Shown: positions 37,318 to 48,499, counted from the stretch's first letter. The stretch is 64,000 nucleotides of DNA from Pseudomonadota bacterium (GCA_043809315.1 JAZDDX010000015.1:1-64000), one strand, 5' to 3'. Translations and numbers: made by a program. The notes: generated by a model not told the origin, from the sequence alone.

Positions 37318-39114
37318 TCAGCTGCGGATCGCTTGGATCGCCTCCGTCAGGTAAACCAGGCCGAAGACCAGGAAGGCGAATTCGGTGCCCGGGAAGGAGG
37401 GGAGGCCCGCCATTGAATTCGGATCCCGGAGGAGAAGGCTCGTGAACCCTCCGCGGATCAGGAGCCAGAGCGACAGCGAGAGCCCAAACACGCCGCGGAG
37501 ATAATTTTCACGGAAGAAGTGTTGGAGACCGGGGAGGAGAAGCGTGCACCATCTCCCTCCGAAAGCTTCCCAGTAGGCGTGGATGGGGCTGTATTCACGT
37601 TTGAACGCACGGGACATCTTCGGATCGAAGACGTCGACCGACGCCGACTGCGGGCGGACGGCGGCCGCGCCGAACGCCTCACGGACGTTTCCGGCGGGCC
37701 ATTTCAGACCCACCCCGAAGCTCAAGACGAGAACCACGGAGAGAAGAGCCCAGAACCGTGTGAGCGAGATGCCGGGAAAATAATCGTCGAACAGGCCGTT
37801 CCGGATCGTCGTCAGGTCGTCGGAGAACCCCCAGATCCGGGATCGGATCTCTTCGGGGGAGATCGACTCGTCCATCAGGAACCCGGTGGGATCGGAGGCG
37901 TTGCTTAAGCGGTCGAGGTCGGCGAATCGTTGCGCGTCAAGATCCCTGGCCCGTGTGAGCGATATCCGGGCTTCGTCCAAACGACGCTGGTCGAGATAGA
38001 TCTTGCCCAGATTGAAGTTCGCGACCACGGAGCGAGGATTCATCGAAAGAGCTTTCTGCAGAGATGCTACCGCCTCTTCGGGAGCCTTTTCGATGTGAGA
38101 AATGGTGGAGAGGTTGACGATCGGCTTGTACCATCCGGGTCGGAGCGCGGCGGCTTTCTGATAGTCACGCTTCGCCTCGTCCAGGCACCCGGTCTCTTTC
38201 TCGATCCGGCCGAGCGTGAAGAACGCTTCCGCATCGTCCGGGTGATCCGCGACCCAACGCCCCAGCCGGAGCGCCCGCTCCTCGAAAAGGTCCCCCTCGA
38301 ACGGCTGCTCGAGAATCGGAACGATCGAGTGGTGGTATCGGATCGTTAGAGAGGGGCCGTACAGGGCGAGCGGGAAAAGTCCGACCGCGAGCCAGAACAG
38401 GAAGAGGACGCCGCGCTCTCCGCGAGACGTGTACCTCCAGAGAAGGGCGAACAGGATCAACGCCGGTCCGAGCCACCCGACGAGAGACCACGAAAGGAGC
38501 GAGAGCAGAAAAAAGAGAACGCCGATTCCGGAGGGCGAGGCCCAGGGGATCGCTTGCGACAGGGCACGGCAGACGGGAATCCAATACCGGCTCAAGAGGA
38601 AGAACAGGAACAGAATCCCGACGGACGCGATCGTCGCGAGGAACGTCACGAAGAGGTTCGTGATCACGCGAAGGCGGGAATCGGTCCGTTCCCAACTCGC
38701 ACGGGCTCCCTGGATACAACTCGGGAGGGCCGTGGTCGAGGTCACGAGATCCCAGATTCCACCGCACGAAAAATAGGAAACCGCCGGGAATCTCGGAGCG
38801 AAACTCTCCGCGTAGGCGAGGAGCTCCGCTTTCTGGCTCCCTCCCCGTTCCCGGATCTCTTGAAGGAGCGCGAGCGAAATATTCGGCAGAGCGGTGATGC
38901 CGTATTTCCGGGAGATCTTCTGGATCTGATCGAGCTGCTTTCCCCCCAGGCGGTCCGTTCCGACGGCGACGACCTCCTTCCGAACCCGCCAGGCGTCCGC
39001 GATCTCCTGGCGCGGATGGTCCCATTCGCCGGGAATTTCCGCGAACAGGCTCCCCGACAGCAGAAGGAGGCCTGCCGCGATCAGCGGATGGAACAGCTTA
39101 GACGAAAAAAGCAT
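37318..39114 (-). CDS. Membrane protein with TPR repeats
   Basis: Signal peptide, several TM segments, TPR motifs (AEAFFTLGRI; ANFNLGKIY). Confidence 0.8.
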   Translation of the reverse strand: MLFSSKLFHPLIAAGLLLLSGSLFAEIPGEWDHPRQEIADAWRVRKEVVAVGTDRLGGKQLDQIQKISRKYGITALPNISLALLQEIRERGGSQKAELLAYAESFAPRFPAVSYFSCGGIWDLVTSTTALPSCIQGARASWERTDSRLRVITNLFVTFLATIASVGILFLFFLLSRYWIPVCRALSQAIPWASPSGIGVLFFLLSLLSWSLVGWLGPALILFALLWRYTSRGERGVLFLFWLAVGLFPLALYGPSLTIRYHHSIVPILEQPFEGDLFEERALRLGRWVADHPDDAEAFFTLGRIEKETGCLDEAKRDYQKAAALRPGWYKPIVNLSTISHIEKAPEEAVASLQKALSMNPRSVVANFNLGKIYLDQRRLDEARISLTRARDLDAQRFADLDRLSNASDPTGFLMDESISPEEIRSRIWGFSDDLTTIRNGLFDDYFPGISLTRFWALLSVVLVLSFGVGLKWPAGNVREAFGAAAVRPQSASVDVFDPKMSRAFKREYSPIHAYWEAFGGRWCTLLLPGLQHFFRENYLRGVFGLSLSLWLLIRGGFTSLLLRDPNSMAGLPSFPGTEFAFLVFGLVYLTEAIQAIRS

Positions 39115-39215
39115 AGAATTCCGCCCACATCGTACACAACGCGCCTGTGCCTTGCCAACAAACCCGCCGGTCGGTTCTTGACAACGAGTCGGTCGTCACG
39201 TTCTCTGCCGTTACT

Positions 39216-40937
39216 ATGCGTTTTTCCCAACTTCTCTGCCCGACGTTGCGCGAAGACCCGGCCGAAGCGGATGTGATCAGCCATCGTCTGATGTTGCGTG
39301 GCGGCATGATCCGACAGATGGCCGCCGGGATCTACAGCTACCTTCCGTTGGGACTTCGAGTGTTCCGCAAGGTGGAGAGAATTGTCCGCGAGGAGATGAA
39401 CCGGGCGGGGGCGCAGGAGGTTTATCTTCCGGTCGTTCTGCCGGCCGAACTCTGGCGCGAAACGGGGCGATGGGACTCGATCGGCAAGGAGCTTCTCCGG
39501 ATCAAGGATCGGAGCGAGCGTGAGTATTGTCTGGGGCCGACGCACGAGGAGGCGATCACCGACATCGTCCGCCGCGAGATCCGCTCGTATCGGGACCTTC
39601 CGAAAAACCTGTACCAGATCCAGGTGAAGTTCCGGGACGAGGTTCGTCCGCGGTTCGGCGTGATGCGCTGTCGTGAATTCATCATGAAAGACGCCTACTC
39701 CTTCGACGTCGACGACGCCGGGGCGGAGGCGAGCTACGCGAAGATGTTCGAGGCGTACACGCGGATCTTCACGCGCTGCGGGCTTACGTTCCGCGCAGTC
39801 GAGGCCGACAGCGGGTCGATCGGCGGGAGCATGTCTCAGGAGTTCATGGTTCTCGCAAAATCGGGGGAGGACGAGTTGGTGAGTTGTTCCTCCTGCTCGT
39901 ACGCCGCCAACTCGGAAAAGGCGGAAGCGAAGATTCCCGAAGGGGCTTTGCCGAAGCCTTCCAAGAATTCCCCCGAGAAGAAGTCCACGCCGGGAAAGAA
40001 GACAGTCGAGGAAGTTTCCGCGTTTCTAAAGGTTCAGCCGTCCGATCTTTTGAAAACCCTCATTTACAAGACCGAAGACAAGTTCATCGCGGCCGTCGTT
40101 CCCGGAGATCGGGAAGTTAACGAATTACGCCTCCAACGCCATCTGGGATCGGAGCATATTGCTCTTGCGACGGCGGCGGAGGTCTTAAAGATTACCGGGG
40201 CGCCTTCGGGGTTCTCAGGGCCGATCGGCCTCAAGATCGACCGGTTGGTGGTCGATAAGTTTGTTCGGGAAGGGGCGCCGTATGTCGTCGGCGGGAACGA
40301 AGCCGATACGCATTATTTGAACGCCGTTCCGGGAAGGGATTTTGCCGTTTCGGATCGTGCCGACATCACGAGGGTGAAAGATGGGGATCTCTGCCCGAGG
40401 TGCGGCGGGAAACTAAGGACCGATCGCGGGATCGAGGTGGGGCACGTTTTCAAACTCGGGACGAAATACAGCGACGCGATGAAGGCGCACTTCACCGATG
40501 CGGCGGGGAAATTGAAGCCGGCGGTGATGGGGTGTTACGGGATCGGGATCGCGCGGACGGCGGCTGCGGCGATCGAGCAGAATCACGACGATGCGGGGAT
40601 GATCTTTCCTCCGCCGATCGCGCCGTTCGATGTGACGATCGTCGTGGTCGATTTTACGAAAGAGACGCTCAAGAATCCCGCGGTTGCTCTCTATGAGAAG
40701 TTGATGGATGCGGGGCTCGATGTGTTGCTCGACGATCGGATCCTGTCACCGGGGGCGAAGTTCAAGGATGCCGATCTGATCGGGATTCCGGTTCGGATCA
40801 CGGTGGGGGATAAAGGGATCTCGCAGAATAAGCTCGAGGTGAAAGCGCGCTGGGAAAAAGGGGGAACGTTTATTGAGCCTTCTCAAGTGATCGAGTGGGT
40901 GCGAGCTAAGCTCGCGGAGAAGATCCCGCGGATTTGA
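39216..40937 (+). CDS. proS: Proline--tRNA ligase (with editing insertion)
   Basis: MRFSQL..TLRE, GPTHEE, FRDEVRPRFGVMR, GIEVGHVFKLG, MGCYGIG. Confidence 0.98.
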   Translation: MRFSQLLCPTLREDPAEADVISHRLMLRGGMIRQMAAGIYSYLPLGLRVFRKVERIVREEMNRAGAQEVYLPVVLPAELWRETGRWDSIGKELLRIKDRSEREYCLGPTHEEAITDIVRREIRSYRDLPKNLYQIQVKFRDEVRPRFGVMRCREFIMKDAYSFDVDDAGAEASYAKMFEAYTRIFTRCGLTFRAVEADSGSIGGSMSQEFMVLAKSGEDELVSCSSCSYAANSEKAEAKIPEGALPKPSKNSPEKKSTPGKKTVEEVSAFLKVQPSDLLKTLIYKTEDKFIAAVVPGDREVNELRLQRHLGSEHIALATAAEVLKITGAPSGFSGPIGLKIDRLVVDKFVREGAPYVVGGNEADTHYLNAVPGRDFAVSDRADITRVKDGDLCPRCGGKLRTDRGIEVGHVFKLGTKYSDAMKAHFTDAAGKLKPAVMGCYGIGIARTAAAAIEQNHDDAGMIFPPPIAPFDVTIVVVDFTKETLKNPAVALYEKLMDAGLDVLLDDRILSPGAKFKDADLIGIPVRITVGDKGISQNKLEVKARWEKGGTFIEPSQVIEWVRAKLAEKIPRI

Positions 40938-43053
40938 GTTCCACGAATTTTCGATCCCATCGCGATCGATCGAGATCGCGCCCACCGAACCGTTCGTCGT
41001 AATACATCTCCGTCAGATCGCGGAGCGGAGGGAGCGGCCCTGCCTTTTTCTCTACCGCCAGCGTGAACTCCTTCACCGTCTGAGACGCCTTCTTTTCGTG
41101 CCCCTTTGATTTTAGCAAACGCAAAACCGGCGTGAAGCGGGTTGCCGGGGACCTTTTCCGCGGCCGGAACCGGAGAAGCGCGCGAATCAGCGCGGTCAGA
41201 ACGATCAGCCCGACGATCGTAAAGAAGACCCGGCGCGTGGCGATCTTCCCGACCCGTTTGAAATCGCGGAACGCCTCCATGGTCGATTGCGGTTTGTCGC
41301 TCTCCGGTAGGCCGATCCGGGCGATCCGCCGCCCGATCTTTTCGAAGAACGACGTCTGCGCCCGGAGGTCGTACTCGATAATGTACTTGTTCCATCGGAG
41401 ACCGAGATAGTCGACCATCTGGGCCAGCGGCTCGAACATCGTTCCCGCGATCCGAAAACTGCGGTCGAGCGGGGAGGGATCGAACCGGATCCAACCGTAC
41501 GTCGGGAAAAACACTTCGACCCAGGAATGAGCGTCCCGCTGCCGGACCGCGATGTACCGTCCGTACGGGTTCAACTCCCCGCCACGGAACCCCATCACCT
41601 CGCGCGCCGGGATCCCGTGCAGGCGAAAGGCGATAGCCAGGGCCGTCGAGAAATACTCGCAGTGCCCCTTCTTGCTTTCGATCAGAAAGAATCGGAGCGG
41701 GTCGGTCGTTCCGTTGTCCTGAACATCCAGCGTGTAGGCGTAATTCTTCTCCAGATACCGCTCGATCGCGATCGCCCGGTCGTACGTGGAAACTCCCGGC
41801 GTCGGAATTCCGGTCAGGAGTTTTCGAACCTCCGGATCGAGTTCCGGTAGCTGGAGGTACGACTCTCGGATCTCTTCCGGGATCGCTCCCTCATCCCCCC
41901 GGAGCATCTCCTCGTTCGGCTCTCCGATCGTGGAGGTCACGCGATAAGTCAGATCCGCGGCATACCCTCCTTGCGCGTTTTGAAAATGCCAGCTCTGGTA
42001 TGGGGCGTTCTCCTCGATCAGAAACGAGCCCCGGAAGATCCGCTCGATGATGTTCTTATCCCACGCCACCTCGGTCATCCGGTCGGCACCGAACAGAAGG
42101 GGGGTCGAGAGCGCTTCGGAGAAAATCGTGTACGTAAAACTCCGACCGCCGGGATAGGGAACTTGCGGAAAGCGGAGCACTGGCCGATCGAAATCGATCC
42201 GGGCACGGCGCCGTTCCGCCATCGACTGTCTCCAGGTCCGTCCGTCGAACGAATCGGCCGCAGTGCCCCGCCAATAGAGGTGTTCGATGTCGAGGCCGGC
42301 GGTTTCGGGAATCTCGACACGCAGGGCGATGGCGTTGTTCGTCTTGATCGACCCGATCGTTCCAAGTTCCACGTGGTCGGAGAAGCCGGCGATCGCCTGT
42401 GTGCGCGTCACCCGCTGCAAGAAACGCCCCATCGACAGGCGCGGGAAGGTGAAGAAGATCACCATCGTGATGACGATCAGGGCGACTGAGAGGAGCGACG
42501 TGGTTGCGAGGAATCGCGACGTGATGACGTCGCGTGAGCGGAAGAGGTTCAGGAGAAGAACCGAGCGCACGGCGGGGCGAGCGGCCTCCTGTTGCACGAG
42601 CTTCAGGTTGAAAAGGACGAGGACCCAGGCGGCGATCACGATGTAGAGCAGGAACGGGAGGGCGAACGAGACGTCGCTCGCGACGACGGTGGAGGCCAGG
42701 AGATGCAAAAAACTTAAGCCATAGATCTGAATCCAATCCCTGTCGGTTTTCGGGGAAAGGAGGCGGACCGCCTGCAGGTAAACGACGAAGGTGACCGCGT
42801 TTCCCACGAGGTCGAACGAGCCGAAGAACGAATCGTAGACGAAGTAGGCGAGGAGAAGGAGCGCGGTGACGTTCCAGATCGTGCGGGGGACCGGAAGCCA
42901 GGTCGTCAGACGTTCGCCGGCGGCAGCGTAGAGCAGCGTGATCCCGATCCCGATCGTGACGGGGATCAAGTAGGTCTGGGTGATCAGGATCGCGCTGAAC
43001 CCGGTCAGGATCAGGAGGATGGAGAAGAGACGGAGATAACGTTCGAACGTCAT
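40906..43053 (-). CDS. DUF3488/transglutaminase-like membrane protein (TgpA-like)
   Basis: TM N-terminus; YWRG; KGHCEYFS, DAHSWVEV, GWIRFDP catalytic triad. Confidence 0.92.
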   Translation of the reverse strand: MTFERYLRLFSILLILTGFSAILITQTYLIPVTIGIGITLLYAAAGERLTTWLPVPRTIWNVTALLLLAYFVYDSFFGSFDLVGNAVTFVVYLQAVRLLSPKTDRDWIQIYGLSFLHLLASTVVASDVSFALPFLLYIVIAAWVLVLFNLKLVQQEAARPAVRSVLLLNLFRSRDVITSRFLATTSLLSVALIVITMVIFFTFPRLSMGRFLQRVTRTQAIAGFSDHVELGTIGSIKTNNAIALRVEIPETAGLDIEHLYWRGTAADSFDGRTWRQSMAERRRARIDFDRPVLRFPQVPYPGGRSFTYTIFSEALSTPLLFGADRMTEVAWDKNIIERIFRGSFLIEENAPYQSWHFQNAQGGYAADLTYRVTSTIGEPNEEMLRGDEGAIPEEIRESYLQLPELDPEVRKLLTGIPTPGVSTYDRAIAIERYLEKNYAYTLDVQDNGTTDPLRFFLIESKKGHCEYFSTALAIAFRLHGIPAREVMGFRGGELNPYGRYIAVRQRDAHSWVEVFFPTYGWIRFDPSPLDRSFRIAGTMFEPLAQMVDYLGLRWNKYIIEYDLRAQTSFFEKIGRRIARIGLPESDKPQSTMEAFRDFKRVGKIATRRVFFTIVGLIVLTALIRALLRFRPRKRSPATRFTPVLRLLKSKGHEKKASQTVKEFTLAVEKKAGPLPPLRDLTEMYYDERFGGRDLDRSRWDRKFVELKSAGSSPRA

Positions 43054-44042
43054 GCCGTTGCCGGGAGGTCGCTCACGACGATCGTCGTCTCCCGTTCCTC
43101 CGTCGGGATGGTGAACCTTTCCGATCGAGTTGGGGGCTCAGCGAGCGCCAGCGCCGTCAAATAGGCATCGACATAACTTCGCCCCTCCCCCTCGACGGTC
43201 TCCCCGTTCAGGCGCAACCCGATCTCGAAGCCGCGCGATGGGAGCTCCGTGATGAGCGAGGCGGCGGTGGAGATCGCTTTCTCGCGCGTCGTCTTTTCCG
43301 AAACGGACGCGTCCGCTAGGCGGACGTCGATCGTCACCTTCATCCGTTTCTCCCGTTCGAACTCCTTCACCTTCCAGGAGCCGCTCTTGGCGGTACTCTT
43401 CCAATGGATGATCCGGGCCGGGTCGCCGTAGACGAAGTCACGGATCCCGTACGGGTTCGCCGACTCCCCCTTTTGTCCCGACAATCGCTCCCCCGGGAGT
43501 CGGTGATCCCCCGAAAGCCAGTCGCCGATCGGGATGAGTTCCGGATAAACGATCGTCTCCCCCTCGCACGGGACGGTCAGGAACTTCTTGATCAACCCGA
43601 ACGGATACGACGTCTCGAGGCGGTACGGGGGGAATCGGGTCCAGCCGCGGTTGGGGAATCGGACGTGGTGCACGGCCGAAACGGTTCCTTTCGGTGGGAT
43701 CTTCAAGATGAACGCCCGGTCGCACGCCTTCACCCGATCCCCTTGGGGGTACAGGGAAAGGGAAAACGAAGGGAAGCGGCGCTTCCGGTTCGCAAGCTCC
43801 ATCCGGACCGCCACCGCCTCGTTCGCGAAGATCCGGGAGGGGAAACGGGGAACCAGGAAGAGCGAAGAGAGCGTGTTGTTCGAGAGGATTCCGGAGAGGA
43901 TCAGGAAGGAGAGCATCATTCCGAAGACCAGATAGAGAAGGTTGTTGCCGGTGTTGAGGCTCGCGATCCCGATTCCGAGACAGAGGAGGATGAAGAGCCA
44001 GCCGGTGCGTGTGATCTCGATCCGGAATCCCCGGCGAATCAC
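43050..44042 (-). CDS. DUF58 domain protein
   Basis: NTGNNLLYL; YPFGL; IRDFVYGDP.R.IHWK.TA. Confidence 0.92.
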   Translation of the reverse strand: MIRRGFRIEITRTGWLFILLCLGIGIASLNTGNNLLYLVFGMMLSFLILSGILSNNTLSSLFLVPRFPSRIFANEAVAVRMELANRKRRFPSFSLSLYPQGDRVKACDRAFILKIPPKGTVSAVHHVRFPNRGWTRFPPYRLETSYPFGLIKKFLTVPCEGETIVYPELIPIGDWLSGDHRLPGERLSGQKGESANPYGIRDFVYGDPARIIHWKSTAKSGSWKVKEFEREKRMKVTIDVRLADASVSEKTTREKAISTAASLITELPSRGFEIGLRLNGETVEGEGRSYVDAYLTALALAEPPTRSERFTIPTEERETTIVVSDLPATA

Positions 44043-44992
44043 ACCGGGACCTCGACCGCCGCGAGAACCTCGGCGAGGATCTCCTCCGCCGCGGAGCGGG
44101 CATCGCCCGAAGTCCGGTTCGCGGCGCGTCTCCCCGCCACGATCAGGCGGTGAGCCAGCACGGGAACGACCAATTTCTTCACATCGTCCGGAGAAACGTA
44201 GTCCCGCCCCTCAACAAACGCTCTTGCTTGAGCCGCCCGGTAGAGGGAGAGGCTTCCACGGGGGCTCACCCCCAATTCGAGCTCTTGCGTCTTGCGGGTC
44301 TTATCCGCGATCCGGAGAATGTAGGCCGACACCGATTCATCCACACGGCAGGCGGCCGCCGCGCGCTGCATTTCGAGCACCTTCTCTCCGGTCAATACCG
44401 AGCGCAGCTCCGGTTCCGAGCGGCGGCTCCCTTTCGTCTGGAGGATCCGGAACTCCCCGTCCGACGTCGGGTATCCCATCGTGATCCGCATCAGGAAGCG
44501 GTCGAGTTGTGACTCCGGAAGAGGGTACGTTCCGTGGAATTCGGTCGGGTTCTGCGTGGCGATCACCATGAACGGGTGGGGAAGGGGATGGGTGGTTCGC
44601 TCCACGGTAACGTGACCGTCCTGCATCGCCTCGAGGAGGGCGCTTTGCGTTTTCGGCGTCGTGCGGTTGATCTCGTCCGCCAGAACGATGTTGGCGAAGA
44701 GAGGGCCCGGCTTGAACTCGAAATTCCGGCTCTCCGCGTTGTAAACCGGGACACCGATGACGTCGGAGGGGAGGAGGTCGCTGGTGAATTGGATCCGCTG
44801 GAACGATCCGTCGATCGATCGGGCCAAGGCCAGGGCGAGAGTCGTCTTTCCGACACCGGGGACATCCTCGATCAGGAGATGCCCCCTCCCGATCAGGCAG
44901 ATGAGGAGAAGATCGATCACGTCGTCTTTTCCCAGGACGAGCGTTCGGATTGAGGTGCGGAGAAGGGCGATGTCGTTTGGCATGGAGGTCAA
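44039..44992 (-). CDS. moxR: MoxR family AAA+ ATPase
   Basis: EDVPGVGKT, RIQFTSDLLPSD, LADEINR, ATQNP, LPESQLDRF. Confidence 0.96.
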   Translation of the reverse strand: MTSMPNDIALLRTSIRTLVLGKDDVIDLLLICLIGRGHLLIEDVPGVGKTTLALALARSIDGSFQRIQFTSDLLPSDVIGVPVYNAESRNFEFKPGPLFANIVLADEINRTTPKTQSALLEAMQDGHVTVERTTHPLPHPFMVIATQNPTEFHGTYPLPESQLDRFLMRITMGYPTSDGEFRILQTKGSRRSEPELRSVLTGEKVLEMQRAAAACRVDESVSAYILRIADKTRKTQELELGVSPRGSLSLYRAAQARAFVEGRDYVSPDDVKKLVVPVLAHRLIVAGRRAANRTSGDARSAAEEILAEVLAAVEVPV

Positions 44993-45061
44993 GGTGGCGC
45001 GGATTCTAGCCGAGACGGAAAACTCTTGAAAGCCCGCCCCTCTTTGTTAGTGTCCCGCGCT

Positions 45062-45751
45062 ATGAAGGCCAAATCTCTTTTTCTGTCAGTTCTGCTCGCC
45101 GGATGTGCCGGCGGCACCAGTGCGGATCTCGAGCAGATCCAGTTCATGCTCGACCACGGGCAGTTCGCCGCGGCGGTCACCCAAGCCCAGGCGGTCGTGA
45201 ACGCGTCGCCGACCAATCTGGAGGCGCAGTTTCTTCTCGCGTCGGCCCAGATCGGAGACTCGATGCTGGGAACCCACTCCAGGTGCAAGGCGACCGACAC
45301 CGGGTATATCGGGCTTCTCGCCTGTTTGCAGGACCCCAAGACCGCCACCGATCCAGGCGACTTCGGTACGTTCCTGCGGATCGCGCCGGACACGACCGCC
45401 AAGCTCTCCATACTTCAGGACGCGACGAATGGGCTCATTGCGCTGACGGGGACACAGAAAGATCCCGGCCGTCTCCGTGACGTTTATCTCCAGCTCTGGA
45501 TGGCCCGCCTCTTCGAAATCGGCAGTGTAACGACGCAGCTTGGCGCATGCACCGCGAGTTTCGACCCGAATGCCCTGTCGGCGGATGAGCTCCAACGGTT
45601 CAAGGACAATTTGGCGAACGTCAATTCGGACGGCGCGAATGCGGGACTTCCTTCGAGCTTGGGGTTGAACGACCGGATCACTTCGATTTCGAACGATCTG
45701 AACGAAACGACGGCCCCGCTGTTCTTCCAGGCAACCTTCGGCGGCTGCTAA
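45062..45751 (+). CDS. Helical/TPR-like lipoprotein
   Basis: MKAKSLFLSVLLAGC lipobox. Confidence 0.75.
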   Translation: MKAKSLFLSVLLAGCAGGTSADLEQIQFMLDHGQFAAAVTQAQAVVNASPTNLEAQFLLASAQIGDSMLGTHSRCKATDTGYIGLLACLQDPKTATDPGDFGTFLRIAPDTTAKLSILQDATNGLIALTGTQKDPGRLRDVYLQLWMARLFEIGSVTTQLGACTASFDPNALSADELQRFKDNLANVNSDGANAGLPSSLGLNDRITSISNDLNETTAPLFFQATFGGC

Positions 45752-45757
45752 GAGAGG

Positions 45758-46918
45758 ATGACGACCATGAAACGAAACCTGATTCTAACCTCCCTGGCCC
45801 TCCTCTTCGTCGGAACGGCGACGGCGCAGACGACCCTCTCCCAGGAAGAGCCGACGCTCAACCGGAAGATCCGGAACCTCGGGATGGGGAACATCGGCGT
45901 GGCGATCGAGGGGACCGCTGATTCGTCCCCGTTCTACAACCCCGCAGGGTTGAACGATCTCGAAAAAGGAAGGTTCCAGTTCCTCACGAACACCGCCGAC
46001 GTTTCGACCGGGGCGTTCAGTTTGGCGACCGACCTTAAGGACCTGAATAAGGGGATCAAGAATGCCACTACGGATGCGGACAAGACGCGGAAGTTCAACG
46101 AATTCATTCAGAAAAACACCGGGAAGTTCCAGCATTTCCGGTATACGCTCGACATCTTCAACTACGCGAGGAAGAACTTCGCCGTCGGTCTCTTGATCGA
46201 CGAGAGGCTCGATCTCTCGTTCCGGGACCAGTCGTATCCCCACTTCGACGTGCGGAACCTCGGGGACGCAACCGTCTATGTTTCAGGCGCACACGCGTTC
46301 TGGGACAAGCTCCTGCAGGCCGGGTTCACGCTTCGCCCCACCGTTCGATTTGCGGTGAACGAGGCGGACCAGCAGGTCACGCTGTCCGATGTTTTGGGGA
46401 AGAACGCCGCGGGAAACTCGCTCCTTTCGGAACAGTTCAAGAAGATCAAAGACCGCCGGTTCGGTCTGGGCGTCGACTTCGGTCTCAAGTCGAACCTCGC
46501 ATTCGAGGGGTTCAAACAGATGAAGATTTACGAGACGCTGAAGCCGGAAGCGGGGTTCACCTGGCAGGATCTCGGGAATACGAAGTTCGGCCGGGCTCCG
46601 ACAAACGAGCAATCGATCAGCTTCGGAACGGCGGTGCATCCAGCGATCTGGAAACTCAAGAACACCGTCGGGCTCGATTTCCGCGGGATGAACCAGGATC
46701 GGCCGTTTCTCGCGAAGACCCATTTTGGAATCGAGTCGAAGTTTCCGTGGATCGTGAGCCTTCGCGCCGGATTATCGCAGGGGTACTTCTCGGGAGGGGC
46801 GACGTTCGATCTCTGGCTGGCGAAGCTCGATGCCGCGGTCTATTACGAAGAGGTCGGGGTTGAGACCCGTCAGTCAGGGGATCTTCGGATCGCCGCCATG
46901 CTGTCCTTTAACATCTGA
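45758..46918 (+). CDS. Outer-membrane beta-barrel protein (TraF-2/FadL-like N-terminus)
   Basis: Signal peptide; RNLGMGN..A..FYNPAGL; alternating beta strands; LRAGLSQGY. Confidence 0.75.
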   Translation: MTTMKRNLILTSLALLFVGTATAQTTLSQEEPTLNRKIRNLGMGNIGVAIEGTADSSPFYNPAGLNDLEKGRFQFLTNTADVSTGAFSLATDLKDLNKGIKNATTDADKTRKFNEFIQKNTGKFQHFRYTLDIFNYARKNFAVGLLIDERLDLSFRDQSYPHFDVRNLGDATVYVSGAHAFWDKLLQAGFTLRPTVRFAVNEADQQVTLSDVLGKNAAGNSLLSEQFKKIKDRRFGLGVDFGLKSNLAFEGFKQMKIYETLKPEAGFTWQDLGNTKFGRAPTNEQSISFGTAVHPAIWKLKNTVGLDFRGMNQDRPFLAKTHFGIESKFPWIVSLRAGLSQGYFSGGATFDLWLAKLDAAVYYEEVGVETRQSGDLRIAAMLSFNI

Positions 46919-46924
46919 TGCTCG

Positions 46925-48358
46925 GTGTCTTCACGCGATCAGGCTGATATTCTCGTCCAGCGGTACGCCAGCCCCGAAATGGTGGAGCTGTTCTCTCGGG
47001 AGCGGCGGATCCTTCTCTGGCGTGATCTGTGGATCGCTCTGGCCGAGGCGGAACGGGAGCTCGGGGTCCCGATCACCAAACTTCAGATCGACGAACTCAA
47101 GAAAAAAAGGGAAAGGATCGACTGGGTCGCTGCGGAACGGCGCGAGCGCGAGGTTCGCCACGACGTCATGGCGCACGTCTATGCATACGGACTCGAATGT
47201 CCGAAAGCGGCCGGGATCATCCACTTGGGGGCGACCAGCGCCTATGTCACCGACAACGCCGACTTGGTCCTGATCCGGGAGGGCTTACGGATCATCGCCG
47301 GGAAGCTGGCGGCTGCGATCGATCGCCTGGCCGCCTTTGCAGCGAAAGAGCGGGATCTCGTCACCGTAGCCTTCACACACTTCCAGGCCGCCCAACCGAC
47401 CACCGTCGGACGGCGCGCGTGCATTTGGCTGCAGAACCTTGCGATGGATCTGGATCTTCTCGAGTTCGAAATGGCGGAGCTCTGTTTCCACGGCGTGAAG
47501 GGGGCCACGGGAACGCAAGACAGTTTTTTGAAGCTCTTCGACGGTGACAAGAAGAAGGTGCTGGAGCTCGACCGCAAGGTGACGGCGAAAATGGGGTTCA
47601 CCCGGTCGTTCTCGGTCACGGGGCAGATCTACCCCCGCAAGACCGACACGAGGATCGTATCGGCTCTGGCGATGATCTGCGAGTCGGCGTCCAAGTTCGC
47701 GTCGGACCTCCGCTTGTTGCAGGGGTTGCATGAGATCGAGGAGCCACGGGAAGAAGGACAGATCGGGTCGTCGGCGATGCCGTACAAGCAGAACCCGATG
47801 CGCTGCGAACGGATTTCATCTCTTGCCCGTTACGTCATGAACCTCGTCGGAAACTGCTATGCGACCGGCGCGAACCAGTGGTTGGAACGTTCGCTCGACG
47901 ATTCGGCGAACCGGCGGCTCGTTCTTCCGCACGCCTTCCTCGTGACCGACGCGGTGCTCGACCTCCTGATCAACGTTGCAACCGGAATGCGCGTGCACGA
48001 TGGTGTCATCCGCAAGCACATGGAGGAGGAGCTGCCGTTCTTTCAGACCGAGGAGATCTTGATGGCGGCGGTCCGGGCCGGCGGGGACCGTCAGATCATC
48101 CACGAGCGGATTCAGGCCCATGCGAAGCAGGCGATCAAACAGATCCGGGAAAAAGGGGCCCCCAACGATCTTTTGGCGAGGCTTCGAAGGGATCCGGCGT
48201 TCCGGAAGGTTCCGCCGAAGCTCCTCGTGCGTGCCGATTCGGCGCGCCTGGTGGGGACTTCGCAGGAACAGGTGGACGCGTTTCTGGAAGAGAAGGTCGA
48301 GCCGATCCGCCGGCGGTATCGGACCGCCGTGCGCCACCGCCCGACGATCCGGGTCTGA
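46925..48358 (+). CDS. purB: Adenylosuccinate lyase
   Basis: RHDVMAH, IHLGATS, THFQAAQPTT, GSSAMPYKQNP. Confidence 0.97.
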   Translation: MSSRDQADILVQRYASPEMVELFSRERRILLWRDLWIALAEAERELGVPITKLQIDELKKKRERIDWVAAERREREVRHDVMAHVYAYGLECPKAAGIIHLGATSAYVTDNADLVLIREGLRIIAGKLAAAIDRLAAFAAKERDLVTVAFTHFQAAQPTTVGRRACIWLQNLAMDLDLLEFEMAELCFHGVKGATGTQDSFLKLFDGDKKKVLELDRKVTAKMGFTRSFSVTGQIYPRKTDTRIVSALAMICESASKFASDLRLLQGLHEIEEPREEGQIGSSAMPYKQNPMRCERISSLARYVMNLVGNCYATGANQWLERSLDDSANRRLVLPHAFLVTDAVLDLLINVATGMRVHDGVIRKHMEEELPFFQTEEILMAAVRAGGDRQIIHERIQAHAKQAIKQIREKGAPNDLLARLRRDPAFRKVPPKLLVRADSARLVGTSQEQVDAFLEEKVEPIRRRYRTAVRHRPTIRV

Positions 48359-48499
48359 CGTAACCCAACAAAGGACGTGAGACGGTCGACGTGTTGCGTT
48401 ATTCGTCCGGTATGAACCGACGAACGATTCCGCTGATTCTGTCTGTCAACTGCCCCCTTTATTAGACAGAAGTTATTCAAAGTTCGAGGCCGCGCGACG

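Noticed and set aside
40906-44992. MoxR-DUF58-transglutaminase operon as a novel system
   Set aside because: Well-known, widespread gene cluster.
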